Shown: one piece after another, positions 12,491-25,280 of the stretch | Numbering within the stretch: the first letter of the stretch is position 1 | Layout: each line of letters begins with the position of its first letter | Notes under the pieces: generated by a model | What the model was told of the DNA's origin: nothing | Databases searched by the model: none | The model's input: only the letters and a program-made list of their open reading frames with translations | From: Vicugna vicugna | Lineage: Eukaryota | Direction: 5' to 3' | Assembly (NCBI GenBank): GCA_013265495.1 | Contig: MU058037.1 | Coordinates: 436,001 to 491,190, forward strand | Length of the DNA stretch: 55,190 nucleotides | Made by a program: the position numbers and the translations under genes

Positions 12491-13124
12491 TCTGTATGTG
12501 ATACTGGACACCACATGCAGCTCAACGTGCCTGATGCGATCTGCCAGGTTTTCTCTCCATCAGGACAACAAAGAGGAGAATATATGAACCGTGACCTCCA
12601 AGAACACAAGATCTAATTGAGAGACAAACTCACTGACAAGCAATTATGGTACTACCTAATAATTCCTAATACACTGTTTATTTCCCCGGATGCTGGGCAG
12701 GAGGGGTGGGGATACTCAGGGTGAAAGATATAAACAATGCACTCAAGTAATGTACCCTGTATTACCTAAGGCAAAGTTTGCAAAACAGCAGCTCCAGTTT
12801 TGACTTTCAGGGTTTTTTTTCAGTTGAATTAGTTGCCAGCATATAAAAATCAGATTTTTCATAAAATTCAAGATTTCTAGTTTCTTCTGAAAAACTAGAA
12901 TATCTGATAATACTAGGTCTATAGTAGACGATGACAAAACTCACCCTGAGTTGAGCAGCTGGTACCTGCTTTAAAAAGGCCCTGTTCCCTGTAGGTATAT
13001 CAGTTTTGCAACCTACTTTTTCTAAGGGTGCAAGCTTCCCCAGGGCTTCATTATTTATCTGGGTATGTAGTGGCATCACTGATACCTAAATAATTGGAGT
13101 AGCTTTGTCCTGGTCACTCATAAT

Positions 13125-13460
13125 CAGAGATAGACTCACCATTGAGCTGATGAAGCGTAAGCTCTAGGGCTCAGCTCTTGTGTGACGTCCAAGACTCTGG
13201 GAAGGTTCTAGTGATGTGTTTACATAATCATGTTTTTGAAAAATTCTGGAAAAGTTGGCTATTTTAACTGCAGTTAGTTAATGCTGTCTCTGTTCTGAGT
13301 TTCTTTCCTACACACTCCCCTATGTTAGGAGTATTGGAGCGGCTGTGGGAATTCAAAATAAATATTCTCTTCTAAATAAATATTCATTTTGCATCCATTT
13401 AAGCTTTCTTTTTTCTTAAAGAGGGCCTCTACATTATGTAAGCTTCAATTTCCCTCTGCC
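13125..13460 (+). mobile_element. hAT-Tip100 MITE (MER115/Zaphod-like, internally deleted)
   Basis: 5' end 'cagagatagactcaccattgagctgatgaagcgtaagctctagggc', internal 'gtgatgtgtttacataatcatgtttttg', right end 'gggcctctacattatgtaagcttca'. Confidence 0.65.
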
Positions 13461-13487
13461 CAGGATGCTTCATTCATACTCTAAAGG

Positions 13488-13893
13488 CAGTGTGTGCTGA
13501 GATCAGTCTGTATGCTTGTAAGAGCTGATGTTACATTATCGGGAATTTTATGAGCAGGTTGTAAACTCAGGCATTAGGAATGAAATTATATAAACTTACA
13601 ATTAATTATATTATACAAATAAAATGACTCTTCAAAACTTATCAATTCCTAATTATTTTACTACATTTTATTATTATCTGTGCTCTTGAGGTTATTTAAG
13701 TCTCTCTTATCTGTATGGTACTATATAATGGGAAAGTGTACATCTCTTCCCAACTCTGTGTACAGTGGCATCCTGTTGATAACTTGAACTTGGCCATGAT
13801 AAGAATATTTATACCATATAAATTGGACAGCTACAAATCGAGGCTTTTTTTTTCCCTGGGGAATCAATTTTCACATGTTTACCAATATACCAC
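13488..13893 (+). mobile_element. MER63 (hAT-Blackjack MITE)
   Basis: Ends 'cagtgtgtgctg' and 'ccaatataccact', with diagnostic 'ttcctaattattttactacattttattattatctgtgctcttgaggttattta'. Confidence 0.85.
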
Positions 13894-14319
13894 TCTCCCA
13901 AGGTTGGCTGGTAATCGATACGGAGACTGCAGCATTGCTGATGCCATCTTCCCTAGGGCAAGCAAGGACATAGATCCAAGCTATCGAAATGGCTCGTGGA
14001 TACCTCATTATGCATTTGGGTGCTTAAAAATGTTTTCGCTTCTTCCCTTGTCGTAGATAAAGGGAGAAATCCAAGGATCGGCTCCTGTTCAGAAAATTTA
14101 CGCTCTGAATAGAGGTATATTTTAAGTGTAGTGGGAGCATAGCAGAAGAGGTACCTAACTCAGCCTAAGAGGGAGGTAGTATTCTTTGGGGAAATACTCT
14201 GAAAAATAGGGTAAACACCCAGAATTTTTGAATAAGATCAAAAAGTTCTACAATGCAAAATAGAAACTAATAAAATAATTAGGTTGACAGCAAGTGGTGG
14301 ATGACAGCTTTCTTTTATT

Positions 14320-14560
14320 GAGCTTTGAATACAGTAGGCTTTTTGCTAAACATAGTAGTATTTGATTTCATTTGACTCTCAAAATAAATAACTCTCTGAG
14401 GTTGATATTATGCCTATTTTACAAAAGGAACCAAAGGCTCAGAGAATTAAAGCAATTTTAAAAGATCACTAGCTAGTAAAATGTTTAAAGTTAGAATTAG
14501 AACTTGGGTTAATCTGACTGTAGACCCCCAGCCAGCTCTTAAATACGATGCTATGCAGCC
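14320..14560 (-). mobile_element. MIR SINE
   Basis: 'cctattttacaaaaggaaccaaaggctcagagaattaaagcaattt...agatcactagctagtaa...tctgact'. Confidence 0.75.
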
Positions 14561-14714
14561 TGTGTGGCAAGCACAATGGACATGACACAAGAGCATTTTT
14601 CAAATAATTTGTGACTCATAGACTGCAAACTCTGATGCAATTAATTATCACATATTCAAACTCTTGTAGGAATTTGTGTGATATCGAGTTAAGCAGACTT
14701 GAACAGTCAATATT

Positions 14715-14771
14715 CTGTGCTATACACCTGAAATAATATAATATTGTAAATCAACTATATTTCAATGAAAA
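14715..14771 (+). mobile_element. Very short L1 3' tail (L1MA/L1_Art-type) inserted in a MIR (MIR about 14690-14910, +)
   Basis: 'ctgtgctatacacctgaaataatataatattgtaaatcaactatatttcaatgaaaa' is an L1 terminus. The MIR core 'tgtgatcttaagcaa...cttcagttttctgatc' resumes immediately after it. Confidence 0.75.
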
Positions 14772-14914
14772 TTTTTGTGATCTTAAGCAAATTGATTAAT
14801 CTCTCTTTGCTTCAGTTTTCTGATCCTTAAAATAATCACCCCTTAACATCGTTGTGAGGAATAAATCATACAATAAAATGCCTTGCATAGGGTCTGTTAC
14901 ACTGTAAGGGTATA

Positions 14915-15145
14915 ACAGTATAGCTAACAGATATCAAAGGTTTTCTTGCTGTCAAGCACTACTCTAACCACTTTTCATATATTACCTAATTCATTCCTAT
15001 CAGGCAAATACTACTATTATTTCCATTTTATAGATGAGAAAACTGAGGAACAGAGAGTAAATAAGATGCCCAAAGGCATAACACTTAGTAAGTGTAAGAC
15101 TGAGATTCAGCCTCTGGCTGTCTGGCTCTTAACCACTATGCTACA
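14915..15145 (-). mobile_element. MIR SINE
   Basis: 'ccattttatagatgagaaaactgaggaacagagag...tgcccaaagg...ctcttaaccactatgcta'. Confidence 0.9.
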
Positions 15146-15499
15146 GGAAATATTTATTATTTTATTATTACTATAAATAATAATACTACATTTGGGGTTA
15201 GAAGATTTTTTTATCCAACAGTGAGTTATCATCATCATACTTGAGTTTATAATATGAAAAAAATGTGGTTTCAGCCTTAAAGCTGATAGGCTAGTTGGAA
15301 ATTAGATTTGCAAATGAGCAGTTATAATACTGTGATATATATTATAGTAGAAGAGAAAACACTTAACGTTGTTGAAGACGTTTAGTATGTTCTTCACAGG
15401 GTATAACACAAGGTAATACTAAGAAAGAGAAGGCTCGTGTCTCATAGAGAAGTGAGAAAACAGGCATTAAAGGAAGAATATACAAGAGAAGAGACATAG

Positions 15500-15770
15500 A
15501 GGTATTCATTTATTTCTTTAACAGGTATTTGTAGAGCTACTACTATACCAGGCAAATTCTGAGTGTTAGAGATATAGTGGTAAATAAGATAGAAGCTTTC
15601 TGGAGCGCATCCAGTAAGAAATAGACTATTCAAGGGAGGACATGTAATTCAAGATAGTTGGGCCATGGGACATTTGAGTGGGAGTGGTAGTAGACGGTGA
15701 TGCTAGAAAGGTAGGCAAGATCCACGTTAGCAAGTGCAGAGGGACAGAAAGACTCCTTGACTCTGGGTAC
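15500..15770 (-). mobile_element. L2 3' fragment
   Basis: 'attcatttatttctttaacaggtatttgtagagctacttactataccaggca...gatatagtggtaaataagataga'. Confidence 0.65.
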
Positions 15771-17229
15771 AATCTCAGTTTCCCCTCCCACTCATTTGCT
15801 GCCCAGAAGCTCAAGACCACTATTGATAAGAAATGAGGGTGCTCTTCTACAGAGGGCTGCTACTTTTGTAGGCTAGTATAATGCCTTTCACTGTTCCCCA
15901 TTCCTGTTCGTACCTTTCTTCCCACATTTCTTTATAATTCTACAACTTCAAGAAAATAATTGAGTAGCAAGTGGGGAGGTGGCAGTAACACATCCTTGGA
16001 AATATTGACCGCTTGGGCAAAGCTAGGTCTGAAATAGGGGATCCATGGTGACAATATGTGTTAAAAGTTAGAATTTATTAATATTATTAATGTATTAGTA
16101 GTATTAATTTCTTGTCCTTAAAGATACAAGGGAGTGACAACAATGGGGAAATTGAGATTTTGTTTCAGAAGGCATAGAAGCACTAGGTGAAGAATGCAAG
16201 ATGAAGGATTATATGTTTCCAACTTGCCATTTTAACTACAGACATAAGATAGAAATTTGAATCGCACCCAGGTGAACAGATTATTCAGCCAAGGAAAAGC
16301 CACATAGCAAATAACTACGTAAATGGGAAAAATAAATAAAACACGTGGCACTCATGGAAAAGATACTACCCAAGTGAGTGAAAAACAATATCCTTCTGAA
16401 AACTTAGAGGAGGAGTGGACCTCTGAAAATTATTTATTACAGGAGTTAGGAGATTATGAAAATTTTCTGAAGGCCTCTTAACTGTTAGTTTTTAAACTCT
16501 ATTCTATGGAGTTGCAGGATTTTTAAACATTGTTCAGTGTTTCAGCAAAGATAACTTTCACACGAAGATGGAAACACATATATGGCATCATTCAAATGAA
16601 GTTACATAATAGGGAAATTCAGATTATTGGTGAAAAGCTCATTAACACCTGTGATACTGCTATTGTCCTTGAGGAAAATGTGAAGATGAGCAGTCTGATA
16701 CAAAAGTAGTAACGTAACTAATGTCTCGTAATAAAGCCCAGAGAAGAATACTCACAAAATAAACCTGAATTCATTTGAATGCCGAGATTATATGAAATTT
16801 TTGCAGTTTAGCTAAGAGTATGATTTTTATGGATCGCTCCAGTTTTCCTTTTTTTAAAGCTATGGTGTCTACAGGAAATGTTGCTGTTTTGTAAAACATT
16901 TGATATATAGTCAATATAACAAAAAATTTAAGGTGTTTTCAATGTGTTTTTAACCATCACCAAATAAGATGGAATATGTTCAGTGATAGCTGTATTGCTA
17001 ATGGAAAAACAATGGCAAGAAAAATAGAAAGAATGGCCCTTTATAAAAGTAGTTTTTAAAATGTCAAATATTCACTGTATGTTGTGAAGATAAATAGTAA
17101 GATGCCAGCATCTTTCAAAATAGTATTGATTGGTGTCATAAATATCATCGTTTTATTTCAGCTCATGTTCACCCTCATTCTCCCTCTTTCCTTCTCTCTT
17201 TCCCCTCCCTCCCTCCATCTTTATTTTTC

Positions 17230-17820
17230 AAACTAGAGATAGGTTTATTTTCTGAGTGTACATAAGTAATACATGTTTATTGTTAAAAAAGAAAAAATAT
17301 CAAGAGAACAGAGAAAAATAAGGGAGAAAACCAAACTATTGCCCACACAGTACCTCTGCTAATGTTTTGGTATTTATAATTCTAGACATTTTCTAAGCAT
17401 ATATTCCCAAACATTGAAAAACACATTATATTATAACAGGCCTTTTCAAATTTTGATGCCAATGCGTGATTGCATTGTAATTTTCAACGAACACCTAATA
17501 TTCCATTGATCATCATAATTTAATCAATCCTCTTGATTGTTTAGTGTTTTCTATTTTTTATATTATAAAAATCAATTGCCACAAATATGTTTGTGCACAC
17601 AGCCTTTAGCATTTATTTTACTATTCTTTAAGATAAATTACTAAGCAAAATTGCCACCTGAGAAGGTATTTACAGGATTTCTTGTTTTAATAATAATTTA
17701 AATATTTAATTGAATATATACATAACCATTCTTAGAGAAGAAAAATTAAAGCAATAATTTAACAAAAATCCCAATATCTGAAGAAAGATGTTTAATACTT
17801 GGAGAGCTTCCTTCTTCATC
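17230..17820 (-). mobile_element. Ancient L1ME 3' fragments
   Basis: 'aagtaatacatgtttattgttaaaaaa...ctgctaatgttttggtatttata...atattccattg...tttaatcaatcc...tttctatttttta'. Confidence 0.5.
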
Positions 17821-19984
17821 CCTAATATCTTTGTCTGCATGAATTAGATAGATGGATATATAGAGAGGTGAAAACGAGGGAAGGAGAAAGGATGGCTGTC
17901 TGGATATGTGGGAACATCTGGGAATCAGAAAGCAGATGAGAGTAAGTGAAAAGATACATTAAGCATAGATGATATCATGCTGTAAGGGCCTTCACAGGAT
18001 TAGCAGACAGATCCTGGATTTGGCATTAGCAGAGTAGAGGGCAGAGGTAAAAAGTAGATATGAAAATTGGGGAGCTAATTGAAGAACAACTGAAGTTTCT
18101 TTTCCTCTCAAACACCCCCACCACCACCACCACATACACACTTGGAGGGGGAGGAGGATGGAGCGGGAGCAAGGGTGGGGAGAGAGAGAGAAAGGGAATA
18201 GGAGTATGAATATGAATGAAGAAGAAATAGGGGACCATTTAAGATACCGAAGTAACTTACATGATTTATTTAGGGGATAGTTGGTTCAACACATTCTTTG
18301 GGGAAAGGGCTAGTGTTGGATGTAATGAAAGGTGGTTGCTGGAAAGGGAAATTAGAATTCTGATGTTGGAAGGCTTGTCTAATGAAATAGACAAAAGCGT
18401 TTGGGGTTTCCAGTATGCATGTTGCTGACCCTAAGTCAAATCCTTCTCACCTGTAGCACATGAGAGTTTTAAGACTGACATTGGCTTCTTTTTCTAATAC
18501 CTTAAAGTAGAGGTGGGCAATTTATATGCCCTATCCAGACACATAGAGAGCTCCAAGTTAGAATTTGCACTGAAGGGTCATAATATCTATAATATTATAA
18601 ATTGTGAACTTTTTCATTTTAAAATGTCTTCTACTTATTTTATATATTTTGTTTTGAGTACTGCTTGTGTAAAAAATAAAGTTGAAAATTATTTTTAATT
18701 CTAATTTTTCTAGTAGTTAATTTCAATTACTTCAAAATCATTTCTTAATTTATTTCCTTCTATTTATTAGTTGTGGTGAGATTTTTTTTTTTGCATTTTC
18801 CTTTTTTTCTCTTTTATGCAAGAATTTTAACCTGCTTCACCTTCCCTACTTGTTTACATCTTCTTGGTCTTTATTAAGAGCATTTTCAGTATGAGGTTAT
18901 TGTTATATTTTTACACTAAAGGTATTTTCTTTCAAAGTTATATTTGAAAGAAAGTTTCTTTTCTTTCAGAGTTATATTTGACTTTTAAATTCCAATTTAT
19001 ATTTCCATTATAAATAATTGTTTATGTATTTCTGTATTAACTGGCTTTTTTCATTTTCAAATGCTATATTCCATGTTCTCTTCATTCTTGAACTTTCATT
19101 TTTTTACTTAATTTTCAGTAAGTTGGAAAAATACAAAATGTTTTCTTTAGAAATGGCATGAAATACTCAATGTTGTCTGCTCTTCAATACATGCAAACAT
19201 CTTTCTGATGCCCTTTAACACTAGTCAACATTTAGTTGGCTATAAAATTTGAAATCTTGATTTTTTTCCATAAAATTTAGTGGGAGTTACTTCTTTGTCA
19301 TTTGCTGTTTGTTGTGGAAGATATTTCTGAGATTAGCGTGATATTTTTCATTATATGAAAATATTATAAAATATATTTATAAAATATTTTAAAATATCTC
19401 ATTGTGTATCCTAGAAATATAAATAAATATACTCAAATAATACAGTTGATAATATGTATATGAGTTAAATTGATGGCCCTCTTAGGTATAAAAAGTCACC
19501 TTTTCTGCTCTTTCACTACTTTTCAGAGGGAGCAGTCTTCTTGATAATTGCCTTCCAGGATAGCACATATTAGTTTCATCCACTAATGATAATTTTAAAA
19601 TAGACTCCATCAAGTCAGTTTCTTTGTTTCTCATATAGCATCTTCAGTATGGCAAGTGCTATCTTTGTAATGGTTTATGAGGTTATTGTAACACCTTCAC
19701 TTGCTGAAGAGCAAAACGTTTTTCTTTGCCTCAGACTCTATTTAAATTTCCTCTGTTATCTGACTAAACAACGTTCAGGAAGGATATCACTCTATAATGT
19801 ACTTTATCTGCCTAAAGGTTTTTAATGGACAGTTCTGTGGAGTCTGTGCAGTACCTTTTATGTCAGAACATCTACAAAGGTTAATTAAAACTACTAGTTT
19901 AATTACTACTGCCAACTCCTTTAAATCATGGGCTTGGTTTTGTTGTAAAAAGAGAGAATGTATGCAAAAATGCTTGTGAAGAGA

Positions 19985-20215
19985 GGCAGTGGGTGACGTA
20001 GTAGAACACAGATGAGCTTTGATATCAGAGAGTTTGGATTTGTAACAAAGGACTGGAAAATAGCTACTTGCAAACTAATAACTTTGTTGTTTTTTTAAAT
20101 AAATAGGGACAATGAAAGTACCTACTTGATATACTTTTATGATAATTAGATTAGAATGTATATGAAGCACCTAGCACAGTGTCTGGTACAAAGTAGCTTT
20201 TTCATTAAAGTTAGT
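19985..20215 (+). mobile_element. MIR SINE
   Basis: 'gtagtagaa...gctttgatatcagagag...aaatagggacaatgaaagtacctac...aagcacctagcacagtgtctggtaca'. Confidence 0.75.
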
Positions 20216-21924
20216 TCTCTCTCATAAAGGGACAGACATCCTATTAGCGGCTATTGTGCTAGAAAGATGAGTAACTTGATGGAGAAAAGTGGCATTTCCC
20301 AGTGAAACTGACCTCCATCTAAGCATTCCTCCTATAAAAGCCATGATTACTAGTAGAGGAAACCAATTTGTGCTACCCTGGAGGACAATTATTAAAACAC
20401 CTTCTCTCTAAGAAGGGTAGTAAAATAGCAGAAAAGGCCAGTAGTGTCAGCCAGGAGGGCTGTCAGCTTAACTAGGCACTTTCATCTGAAGTAGTGACAA
20501 TATTCTGAACTCCAGACCCTTGTTGATGCCCACTTTAACTCCTTAATAGCCAAACTGGGCTCAGTGAATCTCTAAAGACTGCTAGGAAGTGGCCACAAGA
20601 TTCTTGGATGTCAGGTAGTTGTCATGTAGGAGGGAGAGCACCTCTGACTTTGGGGATGTGGGAGTGGGGAGATTGATTGCTTGATAATACCAGAGTCTAG
20701 GAGGACTTCTAAATGCAAAGAGACATCCATCCGGACAGATAAATCAAGGTCTTACTCCTCATCCCTTTCTAGTATCCTGTAATGGAAAGAAGAAAACTTG
20801 TCAATAGTTAGATGACCATGTGAATTCATACTCTCAGCCCAACTGCATATTGCTTATTGATGGTTTCATGTCTCATACCAAACATAGTGTCTCAAGGCTT
20901 ATGAAATTGTCTGAGATATGAAAAAAGTATTGGCTCTAAAATATGAAAATTTAAAAATCTCATTTTGCTAGAGTTCTTGGGTATGCAGCATCGTTGCTGA
21001 GATGTCATGTCTAATTATAAATTAAATAAATTATGCAAAGACAAATCATTTAAAAACCTAAATTAAAAGTTCTTTGAATGTTATATAGCAAGACATGTAT
21101 ATTGACTGTGGGATATGAGTACATTCTAATACATTTGGTATTATGTGGGCTGGAAACTCTAAGATGGTTTAGAGCCTACCTAGATTTTAGAATTACTCTG
21201 TTGCCCAGCAATTCTATGTCCTTTGTAATTGAAGGCTCTAAAATTTTAAAATGTTTTACTATTTCTTTGTTTTTTTTAATAATTTCTACAGTCCAGAAGC
21301 CTAAATATTATAGAATTGACTTATTTCTGTGATAGAATGTATTAAGGAAAACTTGAACATACTCCCTAAGATCTCAGGTCCCATGTTGAGCAACATTTGT
21401 AGTGCATGAAAATAGTCCACATTTCCTGAAATCTGAAAGGCTACAAATAATTAAATCCTTGAAATGAAATAATCACAAGGGAATCATCAGTTAACATGCC
21501 ACCCAAGTCTTTCATTATTATAGGAATAAGCGTAACTTGGGACAGTGATTCAGGCTCTTAAGCTTGATATTTCCCTAATTTATCATCTTGTTTGTGACCA
21601 GATTAATTTGATGGGGGTCTGACATCTTGTCCAGGTTTTATAATATTTATGATGATTCATTTTTATAAGTTGAAAAATTCCACTAATTATATTGCAGAAT
21701 TTGCCTGTTCATCTCTGTTTTGTCTTGGCATCAAGGAAGATGTTCACCAAAGTTTGCTCAGCTGTTCCATTACTGATCCCATGTCTCTGAATCTCAATAT
21801 TTAATCCATTTGTCAGAATTCAGCTCTGGCTATAAATCACTGCTGTCAGGACTCCCTTTAAAAGCTCTTGTGGATACTGTTATTCATCCTTACTTTTCTG
21901 TCCTTGTCTATGCCTCTTAGATCA

Positions 21925-22295
21925 CTGGCTAAGCCTTGCTCAGAAAACAGTAGCTACTCTAGGTATTTCCAGCAGAAAAATGTTTAATATTGGGAATTAG
22001 AGGCTCACACAACCATTGACTCCTAGGGGAACAGAAGTCAGGAGGGTAGATTTCAGGAAACAAGCCATCTCCTGATGCCCACGTTCCTGGATGCAGTTGC
22101 CACAGAAAAATAATACTCTCCTTGTCTTGTGCCATCCAAATCTCCTGCAGGTGCCTTTCACTAACAAGATGTAGATGCAACTCTGCTGGCAATGGAGTCT
22201 GGGAAATGTAGTTTCCAGATTTTATGCCATCATCACACAGGGGAGAGACATAGAGGGGTGGGAATGGTTCCCGAAGTCAACAAACTATATCTGGT
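21925..22295 (-). mobile_element. Ancient solo LTR (LTR78/LTR79-like)
   Basis: 'actctaggtatttccagcagaaaaatgtttaatattgggaatt' and 'ggcaatggagtctgggaaatgtagtttccag'. Confidence 0.6.
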
Positions 22296-23149
22296 TTACA
22301 AGTATATCAATATTATTTTTGCCCAGTCATTCAAAATATATTTGAGAAATAGCTAAATAAGCCCATGTTTATCAAACTGGACAGCATCAGAAATACTGGT
22401 GATCTTTATAATCCTTTTTTTGTCAATCTTTCAGTCTTATAAATATAATAAGCAAATTTATATTATATTCTGTATCTTATAAAAGCCAAAATCTCCAGTC
22501 TTAGTGGGTCTGATTTTTGCACTTAGCTTTTTTCTTAGTTCTTCCTCATGATTTACTTGTCTTATTCATAAATTTAGTGATTTCCTTTTTATTGTGAGCT
22601 CATGTTTTTTGGAAATTTGGTACCTATCTTTATGGCGCATCATTCCCATGAGAATTTGTATTTGCTTTTGCCAAGAACCCAGAGACACCATCATCCTAGT
22701 ATTAGACAGTCTAATTTTTCATCTTGGGTTTTTTCTGCCATACAGATAGTGTGAATTTAGACCCCAAACCCACATGAAAACAGACAAATGGTTAAGCATT
22801 TGGGGGTTTTGTTTGTCCCCTCTATTCTATGCGAAGTTGTGACTAAGACAAACAGGCATCCCTACTGTTTTTTACTAATTTATCCACTGAAGTTGTGCTC
22901 CTGAGGAACTCTACCTATATGAGGAATCTTTAATCTGACATACCATCCTTCTTGGATCCCACACATGTAGCTATTAAAACTCAGGCTATAAGTCAGTATT
23001 CAAGAGAGCTTACTGTGTTGGATTTGGAGTCTCTGTTTGGTATAGCTGATTTTGTCTTTTATGCTTTTAATAGAGATTTTATTTCTTTTTCTTGCAGTAT
23101 TTCCTTGTTACCTGTTTTCTTTTCATTAAGACTCAACTTTAATGTATCT

Positions 23150-23780
23150 GAACAAATGTTCCTTTGTCTGAGAGGCCTTTCCTGACTCCATAATGGAAGA
23201 TGCTCTCTCCCTATTCTCTTTCTTTTACATGTTAACTCATTTTATCATACTTACAGTAAACCATCATTATCCTGTTTATATTTTTTGCCTCTTTGTTTAT
23301 AGTCTGCATCTCCCAACCCAGAATGTGAGTTCTATTAGTGCAGGGACATTTTCTGCCTTGTTCTCCCTTGTAGATGTAGTACCCATCCCAGTGGTGACTT
23401 CACAGTAGATGCTCAGGTCTCCTAGAATCCCTTCTACTATTTCTGTGTGCCTATTCCCCTAGCTACTCTGTGCTTTGCTTCTAGTATCTGCATAGCGTCT
23501 AAACCCTTTGGCTCTCGGAACTGCTTTGCTGCACACAGAGGGCTGGAACAGCCTGGGAGTTTACATCCCTACTCTGGATGAGCTTTGGCCAAAGACTCTG
23601 TAAGAATAATAGAAGTGCAACTTACACTTTGGGCTGAAACTTAGAGCTTGCTTGAATTCTCCCCTTTCCATCTCTGGCTTTCACCACTCCTCCGCTGGTC
23701 TTCTCTGGGAGCTCTTTCTTAACAACACACTTGCATAGGAATTCTCATTTCAGAATCTGCCTGTTAATATTTATTGAATC
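23150..23780 (+). mobile_element. L2 3' end split by an LTR16-type insertion
   Basis: L2 terminus 'agaatgtgagttct...gcagggacatttt...acagtagatgctca' stops at about 23415, and its last bases 'aatatttattgaat' resume at about 23766. Confidence 0.7.
23416..23764 (+). mobile_element. LTR16C-like ERVL solo LTR (partial)
   Basis: 'gctggaacagcctgggagtttacatccc...cttctctgggagctctttcttaacaacacacttgcataggaattctcatttcagaatctgc'. Confidence 0.65.
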
Positions 23781-24859
23781 AGTTGAATTTTTCACTGTCA
23801 TCAAACTCTTGTCAGACTGTTGTGCCAGCTCATGTTTTATCTCTTGTTTTAAAGAGTATTTTTAAAATTTTATTAAAGTCACAAGGTAACGCATTATTTA
23901 GCATACTTAATAGCAAATATTTTTCTGCTTCTCAAGTGTTAAGCTGTAGTATAGAATATTCTTATGTCCTTTGCTCTGGGGTTTTGTTAGTTTGTTTACC
24001 TGTCATTGAATGAGAGACATTCTTCAATCCCTGCCATTTAACAGGGTAGACTGATCATCGCTGGTTGCCCTCCATGTTCATCTGGTTGCCATTCTACACA
24101 ACCTTTATGGTCTAAATCAGAAGGCATTTGTATGTTCAAAGCTCCACTTGGATTCTTCAATGCTAACAATTATTGTTTCTTGTTGGTACTAAAACTGGAA
24201 AGGGCCTCTGCTGCCTGGGTAGTGATACATGAGGTGTTTGTAGGTAGAAGGGGATAAATTGATTTGTTGATAATTTCGTGGAATCTATGCTTTATCATTT
24301 ACTTCATGCCAGACACTTTTCTCTCCCTGAAGAGAAAACAATTTTGACTCATTATCCCAATTTAGAGTTCAAGTTATTGTAAGTACATTGTGCTGCTCTA
24401 GATTTCCCTCTGTTTCTATCACCCATCCTCAATACTTGCACAATTGCCTTCTTTAAATAAAATCCTCTTACTTCTTCCCCTTAAAGCCCTTGTTAGATAT
24501 AGATTTCTTCATAGGAGAAATTCCATATTTCTTGTCCAAGTTTACTTTAAAATCGTTTCCCAAATCCCTTCTTTAGCCCCTTCTTCTCCTTCTCTAACAG
24601 TTATTCTAAGCTCTACTTTGATTAAATGTTGACCTTACTCCCATTTGCTTTGCTCTTTCTACTTAATCATTAATTTATACATGTTCCTTCTGCCTGGAAA
24701 GTGATTCTGTAGCTTTTTTACTTGCGACAATCCTCATCAGAGTCCAAATTTCAGTTCAGATTCCATTTCAATAACATTATACCCAACCTGTACTTTCTAC
24801 CACCATCACACAGTTCATTCCCTTCAACTAAGCCCCCTAGCTCTCATGGAGGCTGTGCT

Positions 24860-25280
24860 TTTTGCTTAGATTCTCCTTTAGGACTGAATGAATTATTTCC
24901 CGTGCTGCAGAGAATGCTGCCGCTGACAGCCTTTAGCTGTCAACTCTCTTATCTGCAAAGAGCTGCTTCACTCAAACTCTTGCATCCTTCTCAGGGACTG
25001 ACTGCATCCAATGACTTGTTGATATAACTGGGGTTATAAAGATCCAAACTCTCATCCCTGTTTAGGACAACTCTGAAGGGCCATGCCATCTTCAGAGCTC
25101 CCACTGGGAGAACAGCTGAGAACACTGTTGAGACTACATGGCAGACCAGCCTTTTCTTGTGTCAAATCTCTCTTCCTCCCCTCCTCCATAGCTGTTTATC
25201 TATAGAGCTCTCCCTAATAAAATTCTTGCATAATCAAGCTCTCAGAATCAGCATCGCATGGAAACTATCCTGTAATACCA
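24860..25280 (+). mobile_element. LTR16A ERVL solo LTR within L2
   Basis: 'gctgacagcctttagctgtca...catccaatgacttgttgat...ggacaactctgaagggccat...ctccctaataaaattcttgca...ctctcagaatcagc'. Confidence 0.85.

Noticed and set aside
14320..15145. Adjacent oppositely oriented MIRs as a dsRNA-forming structure
   Set aside because: The copies are too diverged for a stable long duplex, and MIR clustering is common.
18112..18200. G-quadruplex or C-rich/G-rich hairpin
   Set aside because: Needs a 13-nt loop to gather four G3 runs. Ordinary low-complexity (CCA)n and GA-rich sequence.
19340..19400. AT-rich palindromic tract as a cruciform or functional element
   Set aside because: Short, imperfect and expected in nearly pure AT low-complexity DNA.
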